Source: Glaucostegus cemiculus (lineage: Eukaryota). From it: a stretch of 64,000 nucleotides of DNA. The notes below the pieces were generated by a model. It made no database searches and was not told the origin of the DNA. It saw only the letters and a program-made list of their open reading frames with translations. Shown here piece after piece: positions 25,215 through 37,800 of this stretch; position 1 is the first letter of the stretch; each line of letters begins with the position of its first letter. The translations under genes and the position numbers were made by a program. Location: assembly GCA_976551045.1 (NCBI GenBank), contig CDPCPM010000050.1, positions 15,066,001-15,130,000 on the forward strand. The letters run 5' to 3'.

Positions 25215-25380
25215 AAATGCTCTAAGAACTCAGTGGGTCAGGCAGCATCTACAGAGAGAAATGAACAGTCAATGTTTTGGGTCTCCATTTCCCTCCATAA
25301 ATGCTGCCTGACCTGCTGAGTTCCTCCAGCATTTTGTGTGTCGCTTCAGATTTCCAGCATCTGCAGTCTTTCTTGTGTCT
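25215..25380. repeat. Short palindromic Penelope-associated repeat
   Basis: GAACTCAGTGGGTCAGGCAGCATCT is complementary to ATGCTGCCTGACCTGCTGAGTTC downstream. Confidence 0.7.
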
Positions 25381-28300
25381 AAAAAATTGCATATTTTTCA
25401 TCTAATTACTTTAGAACTCCTTTACATTTACTCAAATCATATGGATGGTGGACTTGGTTCCACATACAATCCATCCCATAACATTTGAGACTGCTGGGAA
25501 AAATGAAAGGAAAGCATCAACAGTAGTTCTACAAAGGCAATTGAAAACAATGAGAAATAAAAATGGAATGTATCCATATGTATACAGATTTGTTGGTTTA
25601 TCATTATGCTAAAATCAAGCTTTATAGTAACTAAACCATTCAAAGAAAATCTAGTATTAGGACTGGGAATTTTGTTACAGTATTTTTTTTTATTCAATCC
25701 CCATCCATACTGTCAAAGTTGAGACAGACTTTTATTTACAACACAATCTTTATATGGCTCTGGAGGTAGAGGATATAATCAGCTGTCATAAGCAACAAAA
25801 TAACCAAATATACACTTCTTTCATATTTAAATAAACTTTTATGTTAAAAAAAGTACAAAACTTGCAATTACATTGCTTAAAAATAAGTCAGTTATTTTGC
25901 AGCTTTCCCAGAAACTCTTAAGTTAAAAAATGTTAAATCTACTGGTGGAATTAATGCTGCGTATAAACCATGAAAATAAGTACTTTGATCTCCTTAATAA
26001 AACTATAAATGTATTGTACAGTTTGACTTAAGTGGAAAAAGATACAAAAATATCACACATGTAGAAATTAGTTAAATACAGAAGTATAAATATTACTTTG
26101 TTGTCCCATGCAATAAAATACCTTCATAACAAATGTGCTAAAATCTCTTTTCCAACAACATCCTTCAATTGGAATTCGGAAGGAAAGGCCGGTGAGAGTT
26201 AACCTTATCCAGTGTTGGAAATGTTAACCTAAGAAGAGGAACAATTGCTTGTATGGGGTTATGTGGCACATGCCCTTGCAGTTTAATTCACTCTCACATA
26301 GTGATTACTCCACCATCTCTCACGTTTGACCAGAGAATCAGTGGCACTCATCTATACAATGGAGGCAGTGTCCTTATCCTAGCTGAGGCTGTAAATTCAA
26401 TTTGAATACTCCATTACCAAAACACTGGTTTGCTTAAAAATGTAAACTTACTGCATTTGCTAACAATGTGACTGACTGGATATTTAAATTAAATGATCCA
26501 TTGCACTGTCAAATACAAGACAGATTTATATTAATCATTAATAATAAGTAGATATATGCACAGACACAATGAGGGAGTACATCAGTTATGCAATAAAAGG
26601 AACCACCAAATAAAAAAATATTTACAATTTTATACAATGAACTTTAAAAAGATTAAAATAGTTCAATATTTACAAGTCAATATTTACTGCTCATTTTTGA
26701 AGACAAAATGAATCTCAATGAAAAAATTAATGCAGAAATATAGTATGTAATTCAGTGTGGTACCAATCTACCTGGATGATGAAAGAATCCTTTCAATCCC
26801 TGCATGTGCCGATCTCTGCCAGGCCAATAATTGCCTTCCATGCTAAAACTGCATCACTCCTGATCACTACTTAGTACTCATAATAAAATGCGAATTGAAA
26901 GTTATCAGAGAATCTAGACTGTCTTTAAGTGTTGCTTTTCCCTCCACTTGCCTAATAGCTTAGTCAACTTCTCATACTTGGACAGAGCATCAGAGGACTT
27001 ACTGTGTCTGTTTCCCTTGGCTGGAAAGACTACAACTAGAAGTTACCAACTCCAGACAAGGGCTGCCTGTTTAAATCTGACAAATCTCTTTACAAAGGAT
27101 TCTGAATTTTTTGTAATTCACCACCAGATAATCATAGTTCTTAATATATGAGTATATTCAAGACCAAGATCAATAAATTTTTGGAATGTAATGGAAGCAA
27201 GGAATATGCAGGAGTGGAGTTTAGATGAAAGGTTGCCCAAGTTCTAGCTGAATTTCAGAACAACCTCGAGGGTCAATTGGTTTGCTTGGACTCTGATATC
27301 TTGTATAAAAGCAAACATATTTCAATACAGATGACAATTTTCTTAAGTATAAAACATGGACAGAAATGTAACAATTCTAGAGTGTAAATGTTACTTGTGG
27401 GTCTAATGATAAACTTTCAAATAAACACTTGACAGATCAATTGTACTTAAGGTATTCTGCAAAATGAATTGACACATAAATTTGCTGCCTTCCTGAATTA
27501 CATTCCTTGCTTAAAGTTCTTTCACTATGTATCAGAGAGATTCAGAAACAGAAATTTGCTAGGTTTATATTACAACAATGAAAACTGGGGAATTAGAACT
27601 GGATTTTTCTAAACAAAAGGCTACCAAAGAGTCATGCTCAAGGAACAAGGCTTGTTTACTTCTAGAAATAAAATTCTATAAGTAAAAATCTATAAAATTC
27701 TTATTCTACCCAAGCAGAACTATAGCATTCAAATGAAAAGAGCCCTAGTAGATCAGAAACAATCTTTCACATGGATCACCCACTGCAGGAATACTCACCT
27801 GCAGGGAAATTCACAGCAAATGTAAAAGAATTGGACAAGTTCTCTGCATGCTGATGGCTCACTGGAATTTTAATTTTCACCTGTTACTATCACATGCATT
27901 TCATATCCATGACTGAAACTGAATGTCTTGAAAGGGAATGCCTACATAAGTAATTGGTTTATTTATTCTGTGGTGAAGGAAAACTCTCCAATTCATTTCC
28001 TTTCCTGTTTAAGACTCTAAACAGTGTGGTCTGCTGGAGCTGTTATACCAGAGTCCCTGAGCATCATGATTTAATCAAACCGATATACCTTGTTCCTTAT
28101 ACTTAGGTCATTTTAAAATATTGCAGGACCTGGGAGGTTTTAAATCAAAACATTTGGAATCTGGTCTCTTTTGTTCTGGTCTGGGGACATTTGCCACAGT
28201 TGGCTTTACAGACTTAGTTATCATTGTCTCAGTATCAAGCCATAAACTGTATAAATAATTAATAATCTTACATTTTTTTCTCAATTTGTGAAAAAATACT

Positions 28301-28636
28301 GTCCATCCATCTAAGAAATAATTTCATACTTTAGCACAGCCATCTCTTGCTTTTGAATGTCTTCTGAAACCCAAATCTTATTATCCAGTATTTGTTCAGA
28401 TTATATAAATAACAATGATTTTTCCTAACTTATATACAATAACCTCACAATTTGTAGAAACTGAGATTCTACTCAGAGCATTGCGCTGAACACATTTTCA
28501 CATCTACTTTCCGTAGAAATGCTATGGTTAACCTGACCAGATATAAACATGAAAATGTGACATACACATGGAAATGATGTGTCAAACTTGAAATACTATC
28601 TCAGTTATTGCTGTGCATGAACAACAATTGCTTCCA

Positions 28637-28646
28637 TTTATTTATT
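28637..28646 (-). terminator. Candidate CCDC62 poly(A) signals (overlapping AATAAA); alternative distal AATAAA at 25731-25736
   Basis: TTTATTTATT on plus about 200 nt past the stop; AT-rich context makes chance occurrence likely. Confidence 0.3.
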
Positions 28647-28848
28647 TGCAATTTTCATATCTGCATCCTAAAACAAATCAGTATCTGGTCCAGTGGTAAA
28701 CATTGTGTAATTGTGATTCAGCTTGAAAGTTCAATATTCTTTCCTTTGCAGCCAAGAACCTTGTTTTAGCATTTACTCCGCTTTGGAATTTCCAGTCACT
28801 TTACCTCATCAAGCAGGAGTAATATTCACTGAATGGAATTTTCTTACA

Positions 28849-28866
28849 TTAGAGTGAACCACCATC
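28849..28866 (-). CDS. CCDC62: CCDC62 coding exon 14 (DGGSL-stop), putative
   Basis: Strong acceptor TTTTATTTTTGCAG|GAT, phase 0, TAA after 5 codons; no homology support. Confidence 0.55.
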   Translation of the reverse strand, partial: DGGSL

Positions 28867-31800
28867 CTGCAAAAATAAAATTGCATAATAAGAATTTAAT
28901 AAGAAAAGATTTAAATGTAGATTTTGCAAAGCTGAAATTTACAAAATGTTGAATGATACAACCAGACATAAATTATAATCAAATTTTAACTGAACATTGC
29001 CATTTTTTTCCATTATAAAATTCAAATGTGATGATTCTGACATCTCACCTGTGTTTTTGTGTCATTAAATGTGAGAAAATAATATTGGGCTTGCTTGTTC
29101 TGGGTCTGGCTCACTGGCTGGGCGCTCCATTCATGGCCTTCATGTGCCAGCACTTACATGGGCCAGATAGAAAGGGTAGAGAGAGCTATCTCCCAAACTC
29201 AAGCTTGTTCCAGCATAACTGGGCTCTGCTGCTGGACTGCATAATGCATCGGAATATGGATCACTCTATCCCCGACTTAAGGCAGGTCCACGCACGTCTG
29301 GGAGTTATTAACCTCGGGGGCGGGGGTGAAAGCTAACAATTCCCTTCACAGCCCCCAGTCTCTACCAGCTCAACTCAGCCCACTACAAGCAGAATATGCA
29401 TCACAAATGGTAGGTGAAAAAAGGACAGATTCCTCAACTGGGCAGGTTAGTATTAGGCTGCAAGTGAGGGGTGAAGGTTTAATTTCACCCCAAGATCTCA
29501 GCTGGGGGAAGATGGCTGAATACAAGATGAAAAAGGATCAGTTGAACAATGTGTAAATCCTGCCGCAATCACAAATTATCAACAGCTGCTGATCTTGCTG
29601 GGGTGGCGATGTTTTCACTCAAGAAAAAAGCTGCTGCAAATAAAATGTTCATACTTTTTGAACAATTCATCTTACAAAAGAAGGATCTGCAGCAAACAAG
29701 TCAAGCTTACTGTGGATTTCTTTGCTTTCCATTTTGGGAAACCTGACACAGAAAGAAGGAAAAGGAATAGAAAGGTGCCTTTAAAATAAGATTAATGCAA
29801 ATATAAACCACGTACAAAAGTAAAATTACTGATTTCAGATACAATTATCTGTACAACTGTTTTAGCAAGATTACAGATCATGCTTTACAATGCAGTTTTA
29901 TCACTCCTACACATCACGATATGGCTGAAACCTTAGAATCATGATTTTGCAAACCACAGAAACCAAAAGCCACTAGTTTTAGACACTGAGAAAAAGAATT
30001 TCCAAAGAAAAATCAGGAGGATTTTTCAAAGAAGTCACACTAAAAGCAGTTTATGAAGATTTGCACAACAAATTTCTTTTACAACAAAAAGAATACTATG
30101 TAAAAAAATAACAAATCTATTTAGAGAAAGAATATTTTTGTGTTTTATTTTCTGCACTTAATCTCCCCACATGATGATAATTCTCTAGTCCTGGATACAT
30201 CCCTTGTAAATTTCCCCATGCCCTTTCTATCACATCTTTCCTGCAATGTGATGATCAAAAATGTACGGAAGGCTCAAACATTTTATAGAGTCCTAATATC
30301 ACCTCCCTACTTTGCCTTTTCCAATAAAGGTAACTATTCCGATGTCTTCCATCCATCCCAATACCTTCAGTGACTAAATGAATACACACTCCAATATCTT
30401 TCTATTCTGCCATACTATTTAGTATTCTACCATATATGATGTACTCTTTTACCCCAAAAGCATTATTTCATACACTTCAGGATTATCAATCAGCCTCAAT
30501 TTATACAGTAAATAACTTCAACACTGAACTGCTTTAGGTTTCTATCCCCAGAGCAGAGGTTTGTTTGGATGGTGAATGGATGGCACTGTGCAATTTTCAG
30601 GAATGAAAAATTGTTAGTGATGATGGGACATGTGCGAGATTCACTAATGGCCTCTAAAGCGTAACAGCAAGTCTTAGATGACAGCAGACGTGGACTTTAA
30701 ATAAGAATTGATAAGGCAGTGACATTTTTAAAGCCAAATCATTTGGACAAGGTTATCTTGAACTCCAATTTCTTGATTTACTGAAAAATAATGAAAAATG
30801 ATCTAATTTTTGACATTTATTTCCCGCTAAGTAACCCCATGTGCAAGTAATTTACATCCTCTTTCATTTCAGGACCTAGTTTCATAAAAAGTTGTTTCCA
30901 TATTGCAGACCACATGAAACCTATGGTTTGAGAAATTTGAGATCAACATGTGTTAGCGTAATAGATGATGGGATAACAAGCTTTCCAAGTAAAGGGACTG
31001 CGGATTAAACAGTTGCCCTGAAATTGTGGCAGTAAATTCAAATGTTCACCAGCAAGCAGCTTTCCTGGTTTGACTTGGGATGGGAAGAAATTACTTGGAA
31101 AATTGAATTTTTTTTTCCTGGAACAAGTTACCAGGGAAATTAAAAGTGGTAATGAGACCTCCACAACCAAATGTAATGCATTTCATTGACAAGCATGCAA
31201 GTGGTGACATATGATCTCTCAATTAAAGAGCAGTAATAATGGCTTCACTGACGTGTGTTCCCAGATCCAAGGAAATGAACACAACACTTTAATTACAAGA
31301 TAGACACAACACAATTAATTTTTCAGCATACATTAGCTTCTATGCTTCAGAAAGACAGAAGAAATTAGACAGTGGGAATTGCGTTAGTTATTCTTGAACT
31401 GATTAAGTACTTGATGGATTTTTCCTCCCCAGGATGTAGTGCAGCTTATACAAGCGAGTCTTCTCTATCTTCACCTCATCCTTTATTCTTCTAAAAACAG
31501 AAATAATTTTGTGAAATTTCACTCACCCTTGCATTGCTGTTGTTGTTGGCACAGGATGACAACCCAAGAGGAAGCTGAGTGCTGCGCTCCAGACTAGCAA
31601 CCATCTGTCGAGATTCAGCGAGCAGTCGTTGCAGTTTAGTAGTTGGTGAACAGTCATCCTGGTAAGCCTTGTTAATAACGATTAACAGAACAAAAATTGG
31701 TAGCTTTTGTTGACAATAGACATCTTAAATAATGAATACAGGTCAATTTGTAGTAAACCATGCTATACATTCTTACAAAAATATGCAAGAGTATATACAT

Positions 31801-34800
31801 CTTACTACCTTTGCAAGTTTCTGAAATTCAAAGACATCAAAACAAAAAGTGATTTTTGCGAAGATGAATGGAAGTACTCAAAAATGCTGAACATTTGCCC
31901 CTCCCTTCCTATTTTACATGCAGTGAAAGTTTTGATATCTTTCTTTGGTCACTGGGTTAACATGAAGATGGTGTTTATGCAGGTTAGATCTCCATATGGT
32001 ACAAAGTCTTTTCAAACATATTGTCATACAGTAAAAATGAATTATATATATTCTGGCCATTAGTTTACACATAAAGCGTTACCTCACCTCTTTACTACAA
32101 AATGGAGTCAGACCTGATTTGCCAAACATTTCAGATTTGTAACAAATGAATTTTTATTTTTATTAATTTATCTTTGTTTTATTTCAAAATATACTGCTTT
32201 TCAAACATTCTTCACACTGTCTTTTAAGACTGCCATTGTGCACTGTACTTGAAAATTCCCTCTTGGTTGATCTTTTTAAATATGGATATCGGAGTCAGCA
32301 AAAGTTCCTATTGACCATAATGGTTTCCTTCTCTAGTTATAAATCTTCAATAGACTTTAACAACTTACATTATTAGAAGATGCCATTGCATTGTCCTCAG
32401 TGCAGCTCAGTCTTGCTGGCGAAACAGAGTCATTCCCACAAAGTTCACCATGGAGGTTGCTCTTTCCCCTGGGCCTTTCTCTAACTGGTGAGGAATTCAT
32501 GGAACATTCTGGTGACTCCAAACCATATGCATTCAGTTCCAACCGTTCATCACTGCTATTGGTATAGGAAGAATAAAATGAAAAGAGAAAAACTATAGTA
32601 GTTTTGAAACACAGATTTAACAAAGTTCTATCTTTTGCAGAGTGAAGTCAAGCCCATTAACAGCCAGAACAAAAACAGAAAGTGCTGGAAATATTCAACA
32701 GGTCTTGCAACACTCATGGGGAGAGAAAGAGTCACCATTTCATATTGATGACTTGTCATTGATTCTCTGCAGAGCTGCTGCCTGACCGGCTTTGTATTTC
32801 CAACTTTTTCTGTTTTAACTTTAGATTTCCAAAATTAGCAGGTTTTTTCCAGTCAGGTCTCCCCATATATTTATATATATTTTTTAAAGCTTTCTTTTCT
32901 CTCCAATGTTCTCTTGTTGATTGTTAATAGTGACAAATCATAGAACAGAATTTCAGATTCCAGGCAGTATAGGAATACCCAAGTTTTCTCTCCAAATATG
33001 CAAGTCAACATTCAAAGTATAGTAAATTACATATATTCAAAGTATGGTAAATTACTCACAAACATAGTTCTTCTCACCCAAAACTTCCCAAATACAGAGG
33101 TAGCAAAAGCCTCGAGTATAACTAGCCAGCCAAATCAGGGACCCATGACAGCAGTCAGTCAAAACAATTCAAAAATTCCTTTCTTAATTAATGTTGAGAG
33201 AATTAAAGAGAGTATCGCACCTTGTTTTTTCCACAGCAGTAGGACTATCTAACCCATGCAAGGATCCTGAACCATCGTTTAGGTACAGCCACCACAAATC
33301 TTTTACATCAACTGCTGGCTGATAAAGCTTCATCCAATCTTGTTCCAACATTGAAGCCTCCTGGTCAGTTTCATTCCTTGCAAGCGACTGAGACATTTCT
33401 TCACTCATTCCGCATTCACTCAGATCATTATTGTATTTGTCTTCCAGGTTATGATTCTCAACAGTCTTTGCTACTTCTTTTGTTGATATAATAGAGGTTG
33501 TACTTGGCTTTGAACAAAGGGGGTGATGGTTGTCTGTTGGTGTGCTGACTATGCTACCTTTGCAATGAGAAGAAGTGTTGCAGCTAGGACTATGGTGATC
33601 AGTATTTATATATGCTACGTTCTCATGTTCCATGATGCCAGCATCAGCAGATCCTTCAAATCTCCATTTTTGCTTCCTTGACACTTGCCGCACATTGTTT
33701 TCTCTTCCCTGAGGTGAGCCACAATCATTTGCACTTGTATAGCTGCAGTTTTGCTTTGGTGCAACATATTTTGTAGGCTTCTTATTAGAATCATTAGTGT
33801 TACAGTGAAGATTGTGGGTCTTGAATGTCACATTTCCATTAGTACTCTGATCAAATTCAAGAGGAAAGACAACTTGAGCGTTTGCAAAATCTGACGAGCT
33901 ATAATTTCTACAGTTGACAGTATTGCGTCCTTCTGTGACTAATAAGTGGCCCTGTTCTTTGGTACTAATTGGAATTAATTCAGCATCAAGATTCTGGGTT
34001 GACTTGGCTGCTTCTTCTATATGTCTATTGGTCATGGATTCTTTTTTATGACCTTTGGTTGGCTCCTTTTTCCATTTTTTTAAGACCATGTCATTTTCAC
34101 ATTCTTGCCCCTCTATCTTATTCTGTCCATTGTTGTTCTGTGCAATATATTTGGAATCTGAGAAAAGTCTACCAGAACTAAAAGAAAAGAAGTACAACAG
34201 GAACAATAGTGAGGTTAACTTCTGATAGTCCCTTCATTTTTTTTTCAAATGTTGATACTACTGAAATCTTAAAATATGACACATGAAAATGTCACTTCAA
34301 ATTAGAAAATCCTTATTGCAATACTATCAATTCAATGGAAGTTTCCACCTTTACATGCTTAATGGAATCTACAGGAAAAATGGAATAGACAAATCCAAAT
34401 TTATCAAAGTAGATTTCTTAACGTTATGTTTTCAATATTCAGTTCCTATTTTCTGTGGTGCTAACTGTCAGTGTGAATCATTTTAATATAAGTCCTGAAG
34501 AATTTTGTGCCCTTTTGGTGAAGCCTATTTGGCTCTGGTCATGGACAAGCATGATCTTGTCCTCTCTTTGATCTACGCATGCAGTTCCTTGCAGAGTTCA
34601 CTCAATTGGGAATTCAAACCCTTATATGATATTTTTCTTTTTGGGTCATGAGACTCTGAAGTCAATTGTCCATTAGATCATTTTAATAATTAACAGTTAT
34701 GGTTAAGACATAACATAATTAACATGTGAAATTATGATGTTAATAAAACAATGAAACAGAATTTTGGTAGCAGTGTACAATGCATAGCTGTAATGATACT

Positions 34801-37800
34801 GCATATTTACTGCTGGTGACCAATGAACAGGACATCTATGAATACTTTTTTAATGCAAATTTTATGTCAATGAATACTTCTTTAATGTGTATTTTATGTT
34901 AGTAACTTTTTCTTAAAATGGAGAGTTAGTTTAAAGTTAATACATAGGTTTTCAATATTCAGTATCCACTAACATTAAGGATTTCTACTGACAATATTTG
35001 GATTTGTCTATTCCATTTTTCCTGTAGATTCCATTAAGTCCCATGCCAACTCCATTCACTCACCTTGTCTCCAAAGTCTTTCTGTACCTTTGGTGATTGG
35101 AGTCTTGGAAATTTCAATTCACTCAGTATCAACTACAGCCTTTAGAGGAGTCTTCCTGATCTCCACTGTCCTTATGTGAAAATTGCATCCTCATTTACTC
35201 TTAATTGAGCTAGCTTTCTTTAAGATTACATCCCCTATTCTAAACTTCACATTACATGACACAGCCTGTCTGTAATTCCCCAGCCTGTATCTTTTTAAAC
35301 AACCTAGCTGGATCACAAACTATGTAAAGATGGAAGGATTCAGAAAGGCACATAAGAAGCCACCTAACTTTCCTTAGTGCCCGGTCCACTGCTGGTCATT
35401 TAATCCAGCAGGTCAATCATTGGCTAAGCTCAGATGTAAAGACTACTTCAAAGAAATACTTTACATTTTTTTTGTCCTCTAACATATGAATATGGTCAAA
35501 ATCAAACACTCCCCCGCTGCCGTGAAATGAACGAAATAGTACTTCTATTCTAATGTGGCTTGAGAAACCATTCATCATCATGACATGAAAAATTGTTACA
35601 AGAATGGACATAGCAATGCCACTTCTCAGTTGAGTTACTAAGTACCTAACTAAAGCCAACCACATGAGAACACCAATGAGGTAGATAAAGAATACTGCAT
35701 GAAATATTACCAAAGATTCAATATTATGAGTTTTCAACCTTGGAGAGACTGGAAGCTACATGCTTGCCCCAAAAGTCAAAGGAAATATTACAGTCACGTT
35801 AGATCTGTCATACAAATCTCTAAGCAGGGTACCATAAAACAGTTTCAAAAACTTAATACCACATTTCCTGAAACTTTCTTCATCTAAGATGTGAATCTTA
35901 ATGAGAGTCATTATTTAATTATCCTCTAATAAATATGGTCTTTGTAAACACATCCACTTACACTTCATAAAATTATATTTATATGTGGCACACAACTGTG
36001 TATACAGTAGCTTGTGCCAGTTTCAATCAAGACATTGTTATGATGGGTCCTTTCAATGCATTAAGCAAAAAGATATTGAGCTGATGAGGACAGTATGGGA
36101 TGATATTGAAAGTGATATTTAAAATGACAAAATCAAATTTTTCTGCCCACCTAATTTCAAGAATTTTCTCTTCCTGCTTTTTGATCAATTCCTGAGAACT
36201 TTCAAGATTCAAATGAAGAAGCTGCAAGTCATGTTGTTGCTTTTCATTTACCTGATCATAAGATACAGAATTGCTATATATCAAATCATAGTTAAGATTA
36301 GATACAAGTACATAACTTTTTCTACAAACCTCTGGCAAGGGAAAGGTAAGGAAGGGAACATATGTGTATGCTAGAATGAACTAAGAAAATAGCCTATATT
36401 AATTTCAACATAATTTTGGTTCATGAACACAGAATCAGTTTCTGTACACTGTCAATGATATATGCACACTTCAATGCATTGTAACAAAGATCAACTGTAA
36501 TATTTTATTTTAACAGTTCAGTTAAGTAACTGAGAAATTATTAACTACTGAATTTTATGTACTCAACACAGGGTGGATATTCTGAATGCTCAAAAGATAA
36601 TCTGTAGTGCAAAGGGAATGTTAGATAAAGGTAGGAAAAGACCAAATGTAGCAAGACATTAAATTGCTGAAACTGCACAATAAAGATTCGACAGATATCG
36701 ACTTCTCAGAATACAACTATAAAGCATGCAATTGAAATATCACCATCCACCTGGTACAAAAGGAGCCACTGATTTGAGTAACGATTTGATATGCTACCAT
36801 AACAAGTCTTAGTACCCTTACTTAAAAATAAATAAATCTTTCAGTATAATAAAAGACTGAGACAGTGATCCAAGTTTGGTGCTGGATAACACAAATCCAG
36901 CCCCTGTATTGGTTTCCCCCTTCTCAGAATTCAGTTTCAGTTCAAGGACTGTAACCGGACAGCACAGCAGTAGACATCATTGATGAGCCTAAGGAACCCT
37001 TCCATCATGTACTTGGACACATCTCATGGGCCACAAGCTTAATCCACTATAAGTTTAGTGCTTACTAACCAAAACACAATCCCATTGTTCAAAGCAAAGC
37101 GCATAATAACTTAGCATCGTTCTTTCTAGAATTGCTACATTGGAATGTTTGGTTTAAATATCAATTGGGCTTTTATGCTATAATTGGGTTTTTATGTTAT
37201 ATTCGTACCATAAATTGATAAAACAACCTACAGCCAATGACTTACCTCCCTAAGCAATGAAAGAAAAAAGAAAGAAAATGAAACATTTAGGAAATAAGGC
37301 ATAAGGACCAAAGGATAATAAGAAAGTGCATCAACAAAAAAGTGACAGAATTGAAAAGAACATTAGTAAGAATGAGTTAGAGGAAAGGTAGTTGTAATCA
37401 AGCCATTATTCAACCTTGAGAAGTTAGTTTGATAGGTAGATGCGTGAAATGCATAAACATTTCTGATCTGTAGAACCAGTAGCCCCATCATGATCAGAAA
37501 CAATGGAGCATCCAGTGAAAATGCCAATGCACTCACCTCAAATCCTTTCCACCATCTCCAATACAAAATGACACAGAATTTAAGATTGAAGGAGTTATTG
37601 GGAAACTAGAAAACTGTCAGTTTAGCAAGTCAGAATTATACCAGGGATTAAGGAGTTAAATTATGGCATACTGCACAAACTTGGCTAGTATTCAAAGAAG
37701 CCTGCTCATCACTACCTTCCTTCAGACAGTAGGCATGGGCAATAAAATCTCCTTTCCATAAATGGTCAGAAGAAAAATTAGTTTCATAGCAATTGCAAGA

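Noticed and set aside
31400-31500. Acceptor-like TGTTTTTAG just after CCDC62 exon 13
   Set aside because: The implied intron would be only 36 nt, too short
34500-34660. Exon-like patch inside the inverted repeat
   Set aside because: No frame with a compatible acceptor, donor and phase; exons 10 and 11 already join in frame without it
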